The notes: generated from the sequence alone by a model not told the origin. 63,386 nt of DNA, filler included, from Octopus bimaculoides (GCF_001194135.2; 5 parts of 4 records of this genome joined end to end with filler, not necessarily neighbours in it); one strand, 5' to 3'. Shown: positions 1-12,856, counted from the first letter of the whole stretch. Numbers and translations: made by a program.

Positions 1-90
1 ACAAAGAATAAGTCCTGGGGTTGATTTGCTCGACTAAAGGCGGTGCTCCAGCATGTGAAATGACTGAAACAAGTAAAAGAGGAAAAGAGA
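1..90 (+). mobile_element. 3' tail of octopus tRNA-derived SINE family A
   Basis: Matches the tail of the full copies at 9361-9772 and 21005-21415 (aagaataagtcctgggg...gctccagcatg...gactgaaacaagtaaaagag). Confidence 0.85.
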
Positions 91-150
91 TATATATATA
101 TATGTGTGTATGTATGTATCCATACATACATAGTCACATACATACATACA

Positions 151-181
<31 letters not shown>

Positions 182-549
182 GTACGTACGTAGTACCTGT
201 GTATATATGTGTATACGTATGTATAAGAGAGTCACAACAAAAAAGAATTAAAGGTTTGATCTTATTTGTTTCTCATTTTAAATTAACTATGTATACAACC
301 GACTATATGTTATCTATCGTCTTGTTCACTCCTTCGTACGCGTCCTGTATTCAATCGTACTCCTATATCGGCATATATATATATATATATATAAGCAAAA
401 TAGCTAGTTGTTAAATCTCAAGAAGAGATAAAGTAATAACTATGCTAAACAATAAAGTCAGTCGCCACCTCAAAGTGGCTGTTGAATGTTACTACTAGTT
501 TAACCTCAGGCAGATTCTCCGCCAGCTGGTTGTCTGCACCCTTTATATA

Positions 550-707
550 CAATATATTGCTAGCAGGGGGAGCGAAGCACTACCACCTTCTAGCATCTAA
601 CAGGATCGCGAAGCTGACTCAGTTTCGAGCTATTTGGCTCATCTTCAGTTGCGAGTACCTGCATGCCAAAGCGATAGTTAGAGTCGGTCCCCGCTAACAA
701 TATATTG
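550..707. mobile_element. TA-flanked MITE (Tc1/mariner-type TSD)
   Basis: Imperfect TIRs CAATATATTG(C/T)TAGC(A)GGGG at both ends; TA at 548-549 and 708-709. Confidence 0.65.
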
Positions 708-901
708 TAAACAAAGTGGCCATCGGTCACTGATTTGCAACAAGCAAAATAACTAGTACATGGTTATATATGTAAATACCAACAAATTCGGTACTAATTT
801 AATTCTTGAGACAAGTACATGAAATGAGTCTGGGATTAGTCGACTTTTCGGACATTAATCTTTCTTCAGAAAGAAAATGAAATGAAGAGGAAACATATAG
901 T

Positions 902-902
<1 letters not shown>

Positions 903-958
<56 letters not shown>
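903..958. repeat. (GA)n microsatellite
   Basis: Perfect AG dinucleotide run. Confidence 0.98.
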
Positions 959-962
<4 letters not shown>

Positions 963-1039
963 GAAGAGAAATAAAGAGAAGCAGGAAGAGAGAAAAGTAT
1001 ATGAAATTTTTTATTGGGTAAAAGAAGCAGGAAAATGTG

Positions 1040-2165
1040 ATGGCTAAAGACATTTAGAAATTTTAAAAGTTCTAAAGATAAATTTGTTTCTTCTGATAAG
1101 ACCAATAACTTGTATAAAGTCAATAATGATTTACTGAGTCAAAGAAAACTAATATAGATAAAAAGATTATTAATTTCAGAATAAGAGACTACTAAATAAT
1201 AACGATGGGCAAATAGCAGCACAGTCATAAATTGAGTTAGAAATTTAAAGGATAAGTATAGAACCAGATTTACACAGTCTCGATATTGTAGATTTTTATC
1301 CCACTATATCGAAATCGTTACTAGATAAAACGATTGAGTTTGCAGAAAGATATATCAATATTGACCACATAGACCTGAGCTGTGTCATGTATGCGCGAAA
1401 CACTCTTCTGTTCAATAAGAGCTGTGCATGGCTTAAAAAATTCAGTACGGATGAATTGTTTGATATATCGATGTGATTGTATGACAGTGCAGACATCTCT
1501 GATCTTGTAGGTCTCTCTATATATTAGATACTTTGAAATATTGGCCTATACTGAGACGATGGTTTGGGCATATCTCACACGACTGCGTTAGACATACACT
1601 CGATAAATTTGAGAAAGAATTCATATATACTTTTAGGTATTTAGACCTCAAAACTGCTGTCTACTAATCTCTCCAAAGTTGATTTCCCTGGACTTTAACT
1701 CACTCTATTGCAAACCCTATCATAAATCGAGAAGTACCTGGCATTAGCAAATAAGTATTTTCCAGCAAATCACAGATACAGGAAGAATTTTAATAGACGA
1801 TTGATGAAAATTTCATACAGTTACTGCTCCGATATGAAGGACATTACCACTCACAAATCACACCCAGAGTTCACTCCCAGCAAACTACCAGCCTTATTTC
1901 CGATACATTAATGAAAATAAAACCACTAAGTTGGTTAGCCATACATGGGATCTGAAGACCAACTGCACACCACATACAATCAAGTAGAGAAAGGCAGAGA
2001 GATCTACGCCATATATAAATGGATCAAAGAGATACAAGTTATACATAGCTGAAAGATCGCACATTCTTTTTAGATCCAAGAAATCCATCACAATACTTAA
2101 TTCCAGAACCGAAATTGTTAGCAAATGTAAGTTCATTTACAGATTTCTTTTGTCAAGCTGCTGGA
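1040..2165 (+). pseudogene. Degenerate Penelope-like element (Naiad-like) RT plus C-terminal GIY-YIG fragment
   Basis: Broken-frame translation gives FVSSDKTNNLYKV, LDIVDFYPTISKSLLD, FDISM*LYDSADISDLVGLYIL, GLY*DDGL, YFPANHRYRKNFNRRLMKISYS and HTWDLK...LNSRTEIVSKCK. These are PLE RT motifs, linker and endonuclease tail. Many stops and frameshifts. Confidence 0.85.
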
Positions 2166-3369
2166 CAACACCTTTTCCGGATTGAATAGCTTTCTCACAG
2201 ATTTTGGTCTTCTCTCCATTGTGTATTCTACACAAGCAAGATTAATTATGATTTCAACCGACAAAAGGGGACGCAAATCTTGGTTTTCTTATTTTTATTT
2301 TATTTCTTTTTTCACTCTTTGCAAAAATCTTTTTCTTGTTTTTCTTCTCTTTCTTTTTCTATATATATATATATATNNNNNNNNNNNNNNNNNNNNNNNN
2401 NNNNNNNNNNNNNNNNNNNNNNNNNNNNNNNNNNNNNNNNNNNNNNNNNNNNNNNNNNNNNNNNNNNNNNNNNNNNNNNNNNNNNNNNNNNNNNNNNNNN
2501 NNNNNNNNNNNNNNNNNNNNNNNNNNNNNNNNNNNNNNNNNNNNNNNNNNNNNNNNNNNNNNNNNNNNNNNNNNNNNNNNNNNNNNNNNNNNNNNNNNNN
2601 NNNNNNNNNNNNNNNNNNNNNNNNNNNNNNNNNNNNNNNNNNNNNNNNNNNNNNNNNNNNNNNNNNNNNNNNNNNNNNNNNNNNNNNNNNNNNNNNNNNN
2701 NNNNNNNNNNNNNNNNNNNNNNNNNNNNNNNNNNNNNNNNNNNNNNNNNNNNNNNNNNNNNNNNNNNNNNNNNNNNNNNNNNNNNNNNNNNNNNNNNNNN
2801 NNNNNNNNNNNNNNNNNNNNNNNNNNNNNNNNNNNNNNNNNNNNNNNNNNNNNNNNNNNNNNNNNNNNNNNNNNNNNNNNNNNNNNNNNNNNNNNNNNNN
2901 NNNNNNNNNNNNNNNNNNNNNNNNNNNNNNNNNNNNNNNNNNNNNNNNNNNNNNNNNNNNNNNNNNNNNNNNNNNNNNNNNNNNNNNNNNNNNNNNNNNN
3001 NNNNNNNNNNNNNNNNNNNNNNNNNNNNNNNNNNNNNNNNNNNNNNNNNNNNNNNNNNNNNNNNNNNNNNNNNNNNNNNNNNNNNNNNNNNNNNNNNNNN
3101 NNNNNNNNNNNNNNNNNNNNNNNNNNNNNNNNNNNNNNNNNNNNNNNNNNNNNNNNNNNNNNNNNNNNNNNNNNNNNNNNNNNNNNNNNNNNNNNNNNNN
3201 NNNNNNNNNNNNNNNNNNNNNNNNNNNNNNNNNNNNNNNNNNNNNNNNNNNNNNNNNNNNNNNNNNNNNNNNNNNNNNNNNNNNNNNNNNNNNNNNNNNN
3301 NNNNATATATATATATATATATATATAATGTGCGTGATTGTGTTTATGTCTGTCATTTTGGTATTAACA

Positions 3370-3730
3370 ATGTGAATCTATATCTGACAATGTCCCACGT
3401 TTCTTTCTAAACTTTTACGTTCATCTGCAAAGCAATTACTGCGGATATTTCAAAAACCCATCGCTGATTACTATATTCAATTCTTTCTCTAGTTCTCATT
3501 GCTTCTATTCGGTAGATTCTCTTCATTGGCATTTTACATCATATTCTGAACTTTTCTTGTTATACTCTTTAGGGTATCTTATGTGCTAGTCCATCGAACT
3601 CTTTGAACTTGTAATATACCACGAAGCAATTTGATCCATTTTCCCCTTACATTTTGCAGTCCCCTACATACTTTTAAAATTGACATTTATAATCAGCAGA
3701 TTTATATAATAATATTCAATTCAAATCACT
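3370..3730 (-). pseudogene. Possible highly degraded PLE GIY-YIG fragment
   Basis: Minus-strand pieces (IYKS...KYVG; ADERKSLERNVGHC) loosely resemble the PLE endonuclease. Heavily decayed. Confidence 0.3.
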
Positions 3731-4225
3731 ACGTTAAAAACACGCGAAGTAGAATTGAAATGCACAGCAAACAAATGAACTATATACAAACTAACGTAGC
3801 CTTTGGACAAATATTAAAATATGCACCATGTATATATATATCTGATGTATATACACAAATACATACATACGTACATGTATGTAAGTATTTATATATATAT
3901 ATATATATATGTATATGTACATATATGTATATGTATATATATATATACGTATATATACATATATACATACGTACATGCATATACATATGCATGTCATGTG
4001 TATGTATACATATGTATATATATACATAAATACATACATATACGTATGCATGTCATATGCAAGTGTGTATATATGGAAGTAATATACGTATCTTTATATA
4101 TGACTGTGTGTTAGCTATATGTGTCTTCTAAATATTCGCTAAAATACTATTATGCCGTATACTAGACATGTTTACCCAACGCACACACATAAACGCACAT
4201 ATTGCTTATATGTATGTGTATATAT

Positions 4226-4267
<42 letters not shown>

Positions 4268-4618
4268 TTATATTTGTGTGCATATCTTTACGTATGTATA
4301 ATATAAAGTATATATATCATATAAGCACAAAACCACATACGAAGACACACACATACATAAACACATACTTATGTACGAATGTGTGTAACAAGTACGCATC
4401 CACATGCATATGAGAGTGTCATGTGATTTAAACATACATTTAGCTCACGGAAATACAAAATGTTTGCGAGATATCATTAATTACGCATCGTAAGTGTGCA
4501 TGCTTTTTTAGCGTGTGTGTAGACGCATGTGTGTCAAAGTGTATTTCGTACACATTTTTCAAAAATATATAATTTAATGTTGATGTCAGTTATATTTTCT
4601 TCGATAGTTTTATCACTA

Positions 4619-4958
4619 TCTTACTATAATGGGCGTTATGGCCGTCTCTCTGTTCGTCTGTCCGTTTGCCTGTCTGTTCCCTTTTCACGGTCAAACGGCT
4701 GGACCAATGGTCAGGATGTTTTTAGGATTACAAAGGAAGTTATCAGGAAGGTTTTTAGCGAGAAAAAAATGTGAAAACGTATGATTATTTAGTGGATATC
4801 GAGTTTTGTATTAATAAATCACCTTTAGCTTTTTTGTTAAAATTCCGACGACGAGGACTAACTCTGGATTCCTCCCCACTGTATAGTTCATGAATTTAGA
4901 GCATTTAAATTTGGGATACTATCCCTTTATTTCCCATCGTAGATAGGCAGATTTGCTG
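4619..4958 (+). mobile_element. Non-autonomous Helitron, unit 1
   Basis: Starts A|TCTTACTATAAT followed by (CTGT)n-like tract; ends with hairpin cccatcgtagatagg and tttgctg (CTAG lacking one base); directly abuts unit 2. Confidence 0.7.
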
Positions 4959-5931
4959 TCTTACTATAATGGGCGTCTGTCTGTCTCTTTGTCTGTTCCC
5001 TCTTCACGACCCGACGGCTGGACTAGTGGTTACAATGTTTTTCGAGATTACAAAGACGGTCTTGAGGAAGGCTTTTAGCATTAAGAAATCAGAAATTATG
5101 ATTATTTCGTGGATATCTATTTTTGANNNNNNNNNNTAGCGAAAATAAAATGGGAAAAAGTGTGGTATGTCAGTTTATAGTGTGTGTGATTATTTAATGG
5201 TTATTGAAGTGTGTCAGTCTCGAGCAGAATTCGAAACGGTTAATCAAAGCGGCTGTTGTTTGCGTCTCAGTTTTGTCAATCAAAATAACCCATGGTACCA
5301 GAACATCCAGACATTATTCGCATAGAACAGTGAGAATTAAGCATTAGTCTGACTTTTTGCAACTCTAAAGAATCCGCTCGCGCATTCACAGAAAACAAGG
5401 CAAAGGGCCAGACTTTAGATCGTGTAGGTGTATTTTGACCCACTCCGATATTTACACACGGCCAGTTATACGTCCCAATGAGTAGAGCAACGGACTCCAG
5501 TAATTTGAAAATGAGTGTCCACAGAACAGAAAATATTGTCTACAAAGAAGTTTTGTAATCATATTGATATTATCGAAAGCAATATGATTCATAACTTAAA
5601 TAAATTTGTGAACTTTGAAAGTATAAGAGTATAAACAAGCGTAAAATAATGTAAGCAACTAAAATAAAAGTATATCTAAATAACGTTATTCTTAATACTT
5701 TTTATGTACTGTTCGAAGGAAGCTCTGGATTTCGTTAGGAGTGATTCACATAATCATTCATGATACAGAACCTGGGAGTCTATTTTAGTTCGGTAGTGAA
5801 TTGTCATCACATGTCACTTAGTCGCAAATACGTCATATAGCTGCAATAGAATGCTGTATCACCAACAATAACGTTGTTATGACTTCTTTCCCTCATTTTA
5901 TGATATCATCGTAGATGGGTAGGTTTGCTAG
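4959..5931 (+). mobile_element. Internally deleted Helitron, unit 2
   Basis: Same TCTTACTATAATGGGCG 5' end; 3' hairpin catcgtagatg then CTAG|T at 5928-5932; contains a RepHel helicase remnant. Confidence 0.8.
5382..5558 (+). pseudogene. Helitron RepHel PIF1-like helicase C-terminal remnant
   Basis: AFTENKAKGQTLDRVGVF*PTPIFTHGQLYVPMSRATDSSNLK...TENIVYKEVL* matches the conserved end of Helitron helicases (NKSQGQTL...HGQLYVAxSR...NIVYKEVL). One internal stop. Confidence 0.9.
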
Positions 5932-7139
5932 TTATTATAATTATTATTTATTTATTACAGAAAGTGTTCGCACTATGATACCCAGCGCTTTAAAGTATTA
6001 CCACGAAGGTACTATATTGTAATAAATATTCAACGTTCTACTATAGGTACACAGATATTATTCGTATCAACGAATGCAATTTTTAAACGCATACTCATAC
6101 ATACATACATATGCATATATGTTGATTTTTGTAGTTATCAGTGTATTTTGGCGATTTAAATAAGAGTTTTGACAGTTATTTCCAGCAAGTAGACATACTT
6201 ATGTCCTTTGATTAATTATAATCTTTCAGCTATTTAATGCTTTTTTGGAGGCCTGCAATCGCCTATATTATTGATTCTGTTATTATCATTTTTAAATTGT
6301 TACACTAGATAATAACAGAGTCAATGATATCTTCGCAAATTATGTTTTCGTGAATTATTTTTTCTCGTGAATCATTTGCTCTGTATTGTATGTATGTATA
6401 TATATATATATAATATATATATAGTATAACGTGCAGTTAAGAGCTCATATGTCGTTATTGCCTACCACATGATATCCTACGGTAGGGTATATTCCAGGGC
6501 TGGATATACACGCGAAACCCTTCTTTACATAAGGTTAATACAAGGATTAATACAAGGCTTTAATAGATCATAACATTTGTTTCTACACCGCCCGGCAGCG
6601 TTAAGTTGTTGAGTTTATATTCCTCTACCATTGTAGAAATTCATTCTTTATAATCATTGTACAGTTGAATATTTTTCAGCAACAGCCGTGCATGGGCGCT
6701 TCATCGGGTGGAATACAATTAATTCTTGTTGGATTTTTCTTAATATTCTAGGTATACGATGCACATTTCTATTAACCAATCAAATTATCAGATTCCGAGG
6801 CCCAAGAAAATAAACATAAAAGAGACAAGGGGACCTTCGAGGTGCTCACAGTATTTATAAAAAAAAAAAAGTAAAAATATATAACAAAATTATTTTTGAG
6901 TGATGGTGATAATTAGAATATCAAAATATAAATAAGAAACTGAAAACGACTTTGTGTGTGTATTTAAAACATTACCGGAGACGTTAGCTCCTGCTCCGTT
7001 TTCCCTCTTGAAGCATAATGACAGCTGATGGTGAACTTTCTTCGTCCACAGGACTAAGAGCAAATGAAACTGAAAGCATCCTCTCCTCACAGAAGTTTCA
7101 CTTTTTCGTCTTGATGAGCAAATGAAAAAGCTAAGTGAA

Positions 7140-7531
7140 TTGGCAAAGTGTCGCTGTCAGAAAGAAGAAAAAGTAGGGACAGAAGACAACTCTTGAGCGA
7201 AAGCGGACGTGTAAAATATATAAGGAGGATTTGAGACCTCATAGGAGTTTCACAGTCATGCAATTGTGCAATATGACCATCAGTGGAATGGTTGAAACTC
7301 CGAAAGATGATAAAATATAACGGTGTGATGTATGAAGAAGAAGAATTAACGAATGATTTCAAAAAACAGGCAAACGACAGAAAGTTGCTGCACAGCATTG
7401 GTTTACAAGCCACCAAGTTTGCTTTACCAGAAAATATTGAATGTGTTTTACAATATCAAACACAAGCATGGTTACTAGTGTCTTTGGGTGCACCCAGTTT
7501 CACTACGACAGTGACTCGATCTTTCACGTGT
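7140..7531 (+). pseudogene. Unassigned decayed coding-like segment or possible exon
   Basis: Non-repetitive open frame 7283-7531 (EWLKLRKMIKYNG...AWLLVSLGAPSF); same frame continues upstream through two TGAs; GTAAGT donor-like site at 7532. Product not recognised. Confidence 0.25.
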
Positions 7532-9163
7532 GTAAGTAGCTTACTAAATGCTTTCTAGTTCTTTAATTTGTATATATTTATAATTATTGTATTTCAGTCT
7601 ATTTAGTTCGTATGAAATACTTAAAATTTCCACATACATGCATAAATAGATAGATAGATAGATAGGTACATGCATACATACATACATACATACATACATA
7701 CATACATAAATACAATCACACATACATGTATGTATGTATGTATGTATGTATGTATGTATGTATGTTTTTTTTCTGCANNNNNNNNNNNNNNNNNNNNNNN
7801 NNNNNNNNNNNNNNNNNNNNNNNNNNNNNNNNNNNNNNNNNNNNNNNNNNNNNNNNNNNNNNNNNNNNNNNNNNNNNNNNNNNNNNNNNNNNNNNNNNNN
7901 NNNNNNNNNNNNNNNNNNNNNNNNNNNNNNNNNNNNNNNNNNNNNNNNNNNNNNNNNNNNNNNNNNNNNNNNNNNNNNNNNNNNNNNNNNNNNNNNNNNN
8001 NNNNNNNNNNNNNNNNNNNNNNNNNNNNNNNNNNNNNNNNNNNNNNNNNNNNNNNNNNNNNNNNNNNNNNNNNNNNNNNNNNNNNNNNNNNNNNNNNNNN
8101 NNNNNNNNNNNNNNNNNNNNNNNNNNNNNNNNNNNNNNNNNNNNNNNNNNNNNNNNNNNNNNNNNNNNNNNNNNNNNNNNNNNNNNNNNNNNNNNNNNNN
8201 NNNNNNNNNNNNNNNNNNNNNNNNNNNNNNNNNNNNNNNNNNNNNTGACGTCAATCGATTTGATATTTAGGGGCCTCGGACGGTGAAAGGTGACCATTCA
8301 TCCGCACATGTAGGTGTGCAGGCCAAGTAGTTACTCGTGAATACAAGTCCCTTCTCTCCATGTGGCCCATATTTATCACGGGGAAAGGCCGCTTAAGTGG
8401 ATCTGTACAGCTTGACACAACTGTCGTCTCAGACGTTGCAATCAAAAAGTAAAACCGGAACAGATAACGTATGCACCGCCCTAGGTTCATACGTTTTTTT
8501 TTTTATCTGCCAAGAACGAAAGGCATTGGTAACCTCACCGAACTTTGAATTCAGAGCGCAGCGAGTCAGCACAAATACCACAAGGTTTCCTAATCAACGC
8601 TCTAGCGACTCAAGTGACAATTCGCCGCCCTATTAGGTAAATGAATGAATAAACCCATTTGAAAAAGAATGGTGGAACAGGCCAACTGATAGGATTTGAA
8701 TCTCGTATTTATTCTTAAATGAACATGAATTAGTGATCACGCCATAGGGAGTCTGCCAATTAGTGCTTTCAAAATGCGTGCTGTAAATAATTTTCCCTAC
8801 TTTATAAACATTATTATTTTAATCTCGAAGTGTATCGTACTTCACAAATAATTTTGAAATAGTAAATAGGAGCATAACACTTCGGCTATGCTACAGACAA
8901 CTAGAAAAGCCTATCTTTCAAAGGGTAACTGGATGACGAGGTCTTAGCTCTTAATTAAAATAGACAAATGAATTAGACAAAGAAAACAGTCCATTGGTAA
9001 AAATGTATGGTATAGAAAGATTGGGGAAAGTAATTGAAACATCAATAAGGAAGAGTAGTGTTCGAAGGTATGAGGAGCAGTAGAGGAAGATGACAAAGAA
9101 GATATAGATTTAGAGACCAGAGACTTTTATCATATGCTAAACAAGCATCTCGTTTTTCTGAAG

Positions 9164-9230
9164 CATTTAGCTTAATGGTAGATTACTCAACCGGTATCTG
9201 AAGGGTATGTATTCGAGTCCCGTAGCCATT
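9164..9230 (+). mobile_element. tRNA-like SINE head or tRNA pseudogene
   Basis: A-box-like tagcttaatggtaga and B-box-like attcgagtccc, followed by a T run. Confidence 0.45.
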
Positions 9231-9360
9231 TGCTGGTAACTTTTTTTTTCTGTCTTATAAGCGTAAAATACCCAATTTGTCTGCTGTTTTCGCAGCTATA
9301 CTGCGTTCGAAATTTACTTTCTTGTCTTTCAAATACCAAACACATTCGACGCTTCCAATG

Positions 9361-9772
9361 TTTACTCTTTTACGCTTTTACTTGTTTCAGTCATTTGACT
9401 GTGGCCATGCTGGAGCACCGCCTTTTAGTCGAGCAAATCGACCCAGGACTTATTCTTTGGAGGCTTAGTACTTATTCTATCGGTCTCTTTTGCCGAACCG
9501 CTAAGTTACGGGGACGTAAACACACCAGCATCGGTTGTCAAGTGATGTTGGGGGGGAGGGCAAACACAGACACACAAACATATACACACACATACATATA
9601 TATATACATATATACGACGGACTTCTTTCAGTTTCCGTCTACCAAATCTACTCACAAGGCTTTGGTCGCCCGAGGCTATAGTAGAAGACACTTACCCAAG
9701 GTGCCACGCAGTGGGACTGAACCAGGAACCATGCGGTTGGTAAGCAAGCTACTTACCACACAGCCACTCCTG
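9361..9772 (-). mobile_element. Full-length SINE family A copy
   Basis: tRNA-like head (gtggctgtgtggtaagtagcttgc...ggttcagtccc), internal (TA)n(TG)n, conserved tail. Consistent with the known octopus OK/OR-type SINEs; exact family name not assigned. Confidence 0.9.
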
Positions 9773-9853
9773 TTTGTTAATAATATTTATATACTTATCT
9801 CCAGTAATAAATTATTAACCTATTAGCAGGTCTGTGATAAGCGCCTGACAATA

Positions 9854-9957
9854 CGAAGGGTGTATGAAAAGTCTTGAGCCTCAAAAAACAAAACATGGTA
9901 CAAGTTTCTGATGAAGGTACCAGACTTCAAGGCTCAAAACTTTTCATACACCCCTCG
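9854..9957. mobile_element. Mariner-type MITE
   Basis: About 28-bp TIRs CGA(A/G)GGGTGTATGAAAAGT(C/T)TTGAGCCT with TA on both sides (9852-9853, 9958-9959). Confidence 0.9.
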
Positions 9958-10783
9958 TAGCTCTCACAACACAACTATTTGGTAATTTGCTGACTTAGCA
10001 GTGTTCACTTTATTTCAAACATTATGACTAAGCACCTACTTTTTTGCCGAATACATTTTTCATGCAGCGATTTGGAAATCAACCGCTTTAAACTCACCAA
10101 TCTGGTACAACCAGTAATGGTTAGCAATGCCAATCCTATCATTATTAATTTTTGAAAACGTTAGATCGTCATTTGAACTTAGATCGCAAAAGGATGGAAC
10201 TCATTCTGTATAACACTCCATCAGAATTCATTTCTTTATAGCTATCCTCAAGAGAATCGAAGATCGAAACGTACAAATATAGCTACGCCATCTCATCAAA
10301 AACAAATAAAATATATTTGTTAATGAACGCAAATTACGCCTGAATTATAAATTTTAAATAAGATTGAATACTTTCCGGTTTTGCTAACATTATTTAAATC
10401 CATCACATCACATGAAGTTTTCTCATTATCACACACATCAGTGTATGCGTATGCACGCATGCATGCATGAATACATACACACACACATACACACATGCAG
10501 GCATCCACCTACCTACCTATTATCTATCTCTCTATCTATCTATCTATCCACACATACATATATATAAATATATATATACATATATATATATGTATATAAA
10601 TATATACTCACTTATATCTGTATAACACACACATATACGCGTACGCATACACACACACACACTCATATATATATATATATAATAATAATAATATAAATAA
10701 TATATATATATGCATATATACACACACATACTAATATATNNNNNNNNNNNNNNNNNNNNNNNNNNNNNNNNNNNNNNNNNNNN

Positions 10784-10795
10784 TTAATTAATTAA
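10784..10795. other. Assembly linker TTAATTAATTAA inside a 100-nt gap
   Basis: Palindromic six-frame stop 12-mer flanked by 44 N on each side; identical at four gaps. Confidence 0.95.
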
Positions 10796-10845
10796 NNNNN
10801 NNNNNNNNNNNNNNNNNNNNNNNNNNNNNNNNNNNNNNNTATATA

Positions 10846-10876
<31 letters not shown>

Positions 10877-10899
10877 CTGTATGTATATATTTATATTTA

Positions 10900-11107
10900 T
10901 GTGTGTGTGTGTTTGTCCCTCCACCACCACTTGACGACCGAACGATATTGGTGTGTTTACGGTCCCGTAACTTAGCTGTTCGGCAAAAGAGACCAACAGA
11001 ATAAGTAACAGGCTTACAAAGAATAAGTCTCGGGGTTGATTTCTTCGACTAAAAGGCGGTGCTCCAGCATGGTCGCAGTAAAATGACTGAAACAAGTAAA
11101 AGAATAG
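10900..11107 (+). mobile_element. SINE family A 3' half
   Basis: tgtttgtcc...gacgaccga...ggtgctccagcatgg...aaacaagtaaaag. Confidence 0.85.
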
Positions 11108-11225
11108 CAAAAACTCACTTTACAATTATCGAGTAGGTATACATTTTGTGAGGATATCCAATATATTTGTCTTTAATTCATTATCCTCGTAAAAACAAAG
11201 ATCTCAAGATTTTTTATTATGTAGG

Positions 11226-11620
11226 TGCAGGAGAGGCTATTTGGTAAGTTTGCTTCTTAACCACATAACTCCGGGTTCAGTCCCATTGCGTAACATCTTG
11301 GGCAGGTGTCTTCTACTATAGCCTCAGGGCGACTGAAGCATTTTGAGTGGATTTGGTATACGGAAACTGAAAGAAGCCCTCGCATATAGATACGTGCGTG
11401 TCTTTGTGTCTGTATTTGTCCCCCGCCGCCATTTGACAACCGGTGTTAGTGTGCTTACGTCCCTGTAATTTAGCGGTTCGGAAAAAGAAACTAATAGGAT
11501 AAGTACCAGGTTTTTTTTAAAAAAATGAGTACTGGGGTAGGTTCGTTCGACTAAAATTCTTCAAGGTGGTGCCCCAGTATGGCCGCAGTCTCCTGACTGA
11601 GGCAAGTAAAAATTAAAAGA
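11226..11620 (+). mobile_element. Diverged full-length SINE family A copy
   Basis: Head, internal microsatellite and tail all recognisable. Confidence 0.85.
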
Positions 11621-12624
11621 CATATCCTGGTTACCACAGTTTCGTCGAAATCATTTTCAAACAATCACCACCAGAGTTCCGTGACCGGATAAAGCAATTT
11701 ACCAATCGTGATTGTGTCAGTTGTCTGCGAATTACACATATTCGGCGATAGTTGTCAAATTTTTGCAGAATGCATGTTGTTCCATCGGCAAAAACAATTT
11801 CGATACATTTCATAACGACAGCTGGAAACGATTTGTCGTATTTGTAACAATATGACGGAAATTCGATGGCAACACAGAATGAAATTGTCATTAAGTCTGC
11901 GATGAAAATAGAATTAATTTTCCTAATATTGACATAGGCATTACTACTATCAGAATAGTTGCAATCGGCGCTTTTGTAGCATTAGTAAAATACGCGGAGA
12001 GCGTTAAGTTACAGTCCTACTGAATAGAAAAACGTAAATCTAAACTTAAAATGGATGTTTTAGTTTGTACGAATAAGAACACTGATATTTATTAGATTTA
12101 TGATAAACGAAATTTTTATTTTTACCGAAAACAAAAAGCAAATATTGTCGTTACTACGAACGACAAAACATTGAGAGAGTTTGGATGATATTGTTGTTGA
12201 TGTAATTGTAGCAACAATCAAAGTGCAGTTAGCTGCTCGCTGTGCTACTGACTTCTAATGCCTTTCGTCCTCCGACTGTTCTTTGTCTTTGTGTTGTGAG
12301 CTTGGGTTAGCAGCTGTCCGTCTGGCGTCTCGTGTCTGCTCTCTGTCAATGCTGTCTGTGAAGTAGTTAGGGTGTGCTGAATTTATAGTGCCGGATACGC
12401 TCAGAGAAAAAGGCGCGAAAAGAGGGAATTTTTGCTAGAGGCAAAGTCGTGATTGGTTAGATTTTTTTTATCACGAGGGTAATATTCTAGCGAATCGCAA
12501 CATCGGATACAGTGATCTGATTGTTGAATATTCTCGCTACTAGTTTGATAGGCAAGCATTTACGCATCGTGAAATGATTTTCGTTTATTAAAATAATACC
12601 GTAACCAGAGTAATTTTTATCTCT

Positions 12625-12825
12625 TATTATTTATTTGTTCGTTTCAGTCATTGGACTTCGGCCATGCAGGAGCATCCCCAGTGCTTATTTTCTGTTTTAG
12701 TTTGGTACTTGTTCAATCGGTCTTTTACCGAACCTATAAGTTAAGAAGACATTAACAAACCAACACCGGTTTTCAAGCGATGGTGGGTAACAAACACAGA
12801 CACAAATGCATCCCCACACACATAA

Positions 12826-12856
<31 letters not shown>

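Noticed and set aside
1460-1560. In-frame TGA codons in the PLE RT as selenocysteine
   Set aside because: They fall at conserved Gly and Arg positions amid many other stops and frameshifts; ordinary decay.
2182-3410. Long ORFs in the track (also at about 23, 33.5, 42, 49.5, 51 and 55 kb)
   Set aside because: They are read-through of N gaps and (TA)n/(CA)n repeats, not coding sequence.
6660-6720. Minus-strand CCGATGA-agc..gct-GAAA hammerhead-like string
   Set aside because: Only a 3-bp stem II, no valid stem III or triplet, and a core mismatch.
10784-10795. TTAATTAATTAA recurring at four sites as a possible biological motif
   Set aside because: Always centred in 44N+44N; a six-frame-stop scaffolding linker.
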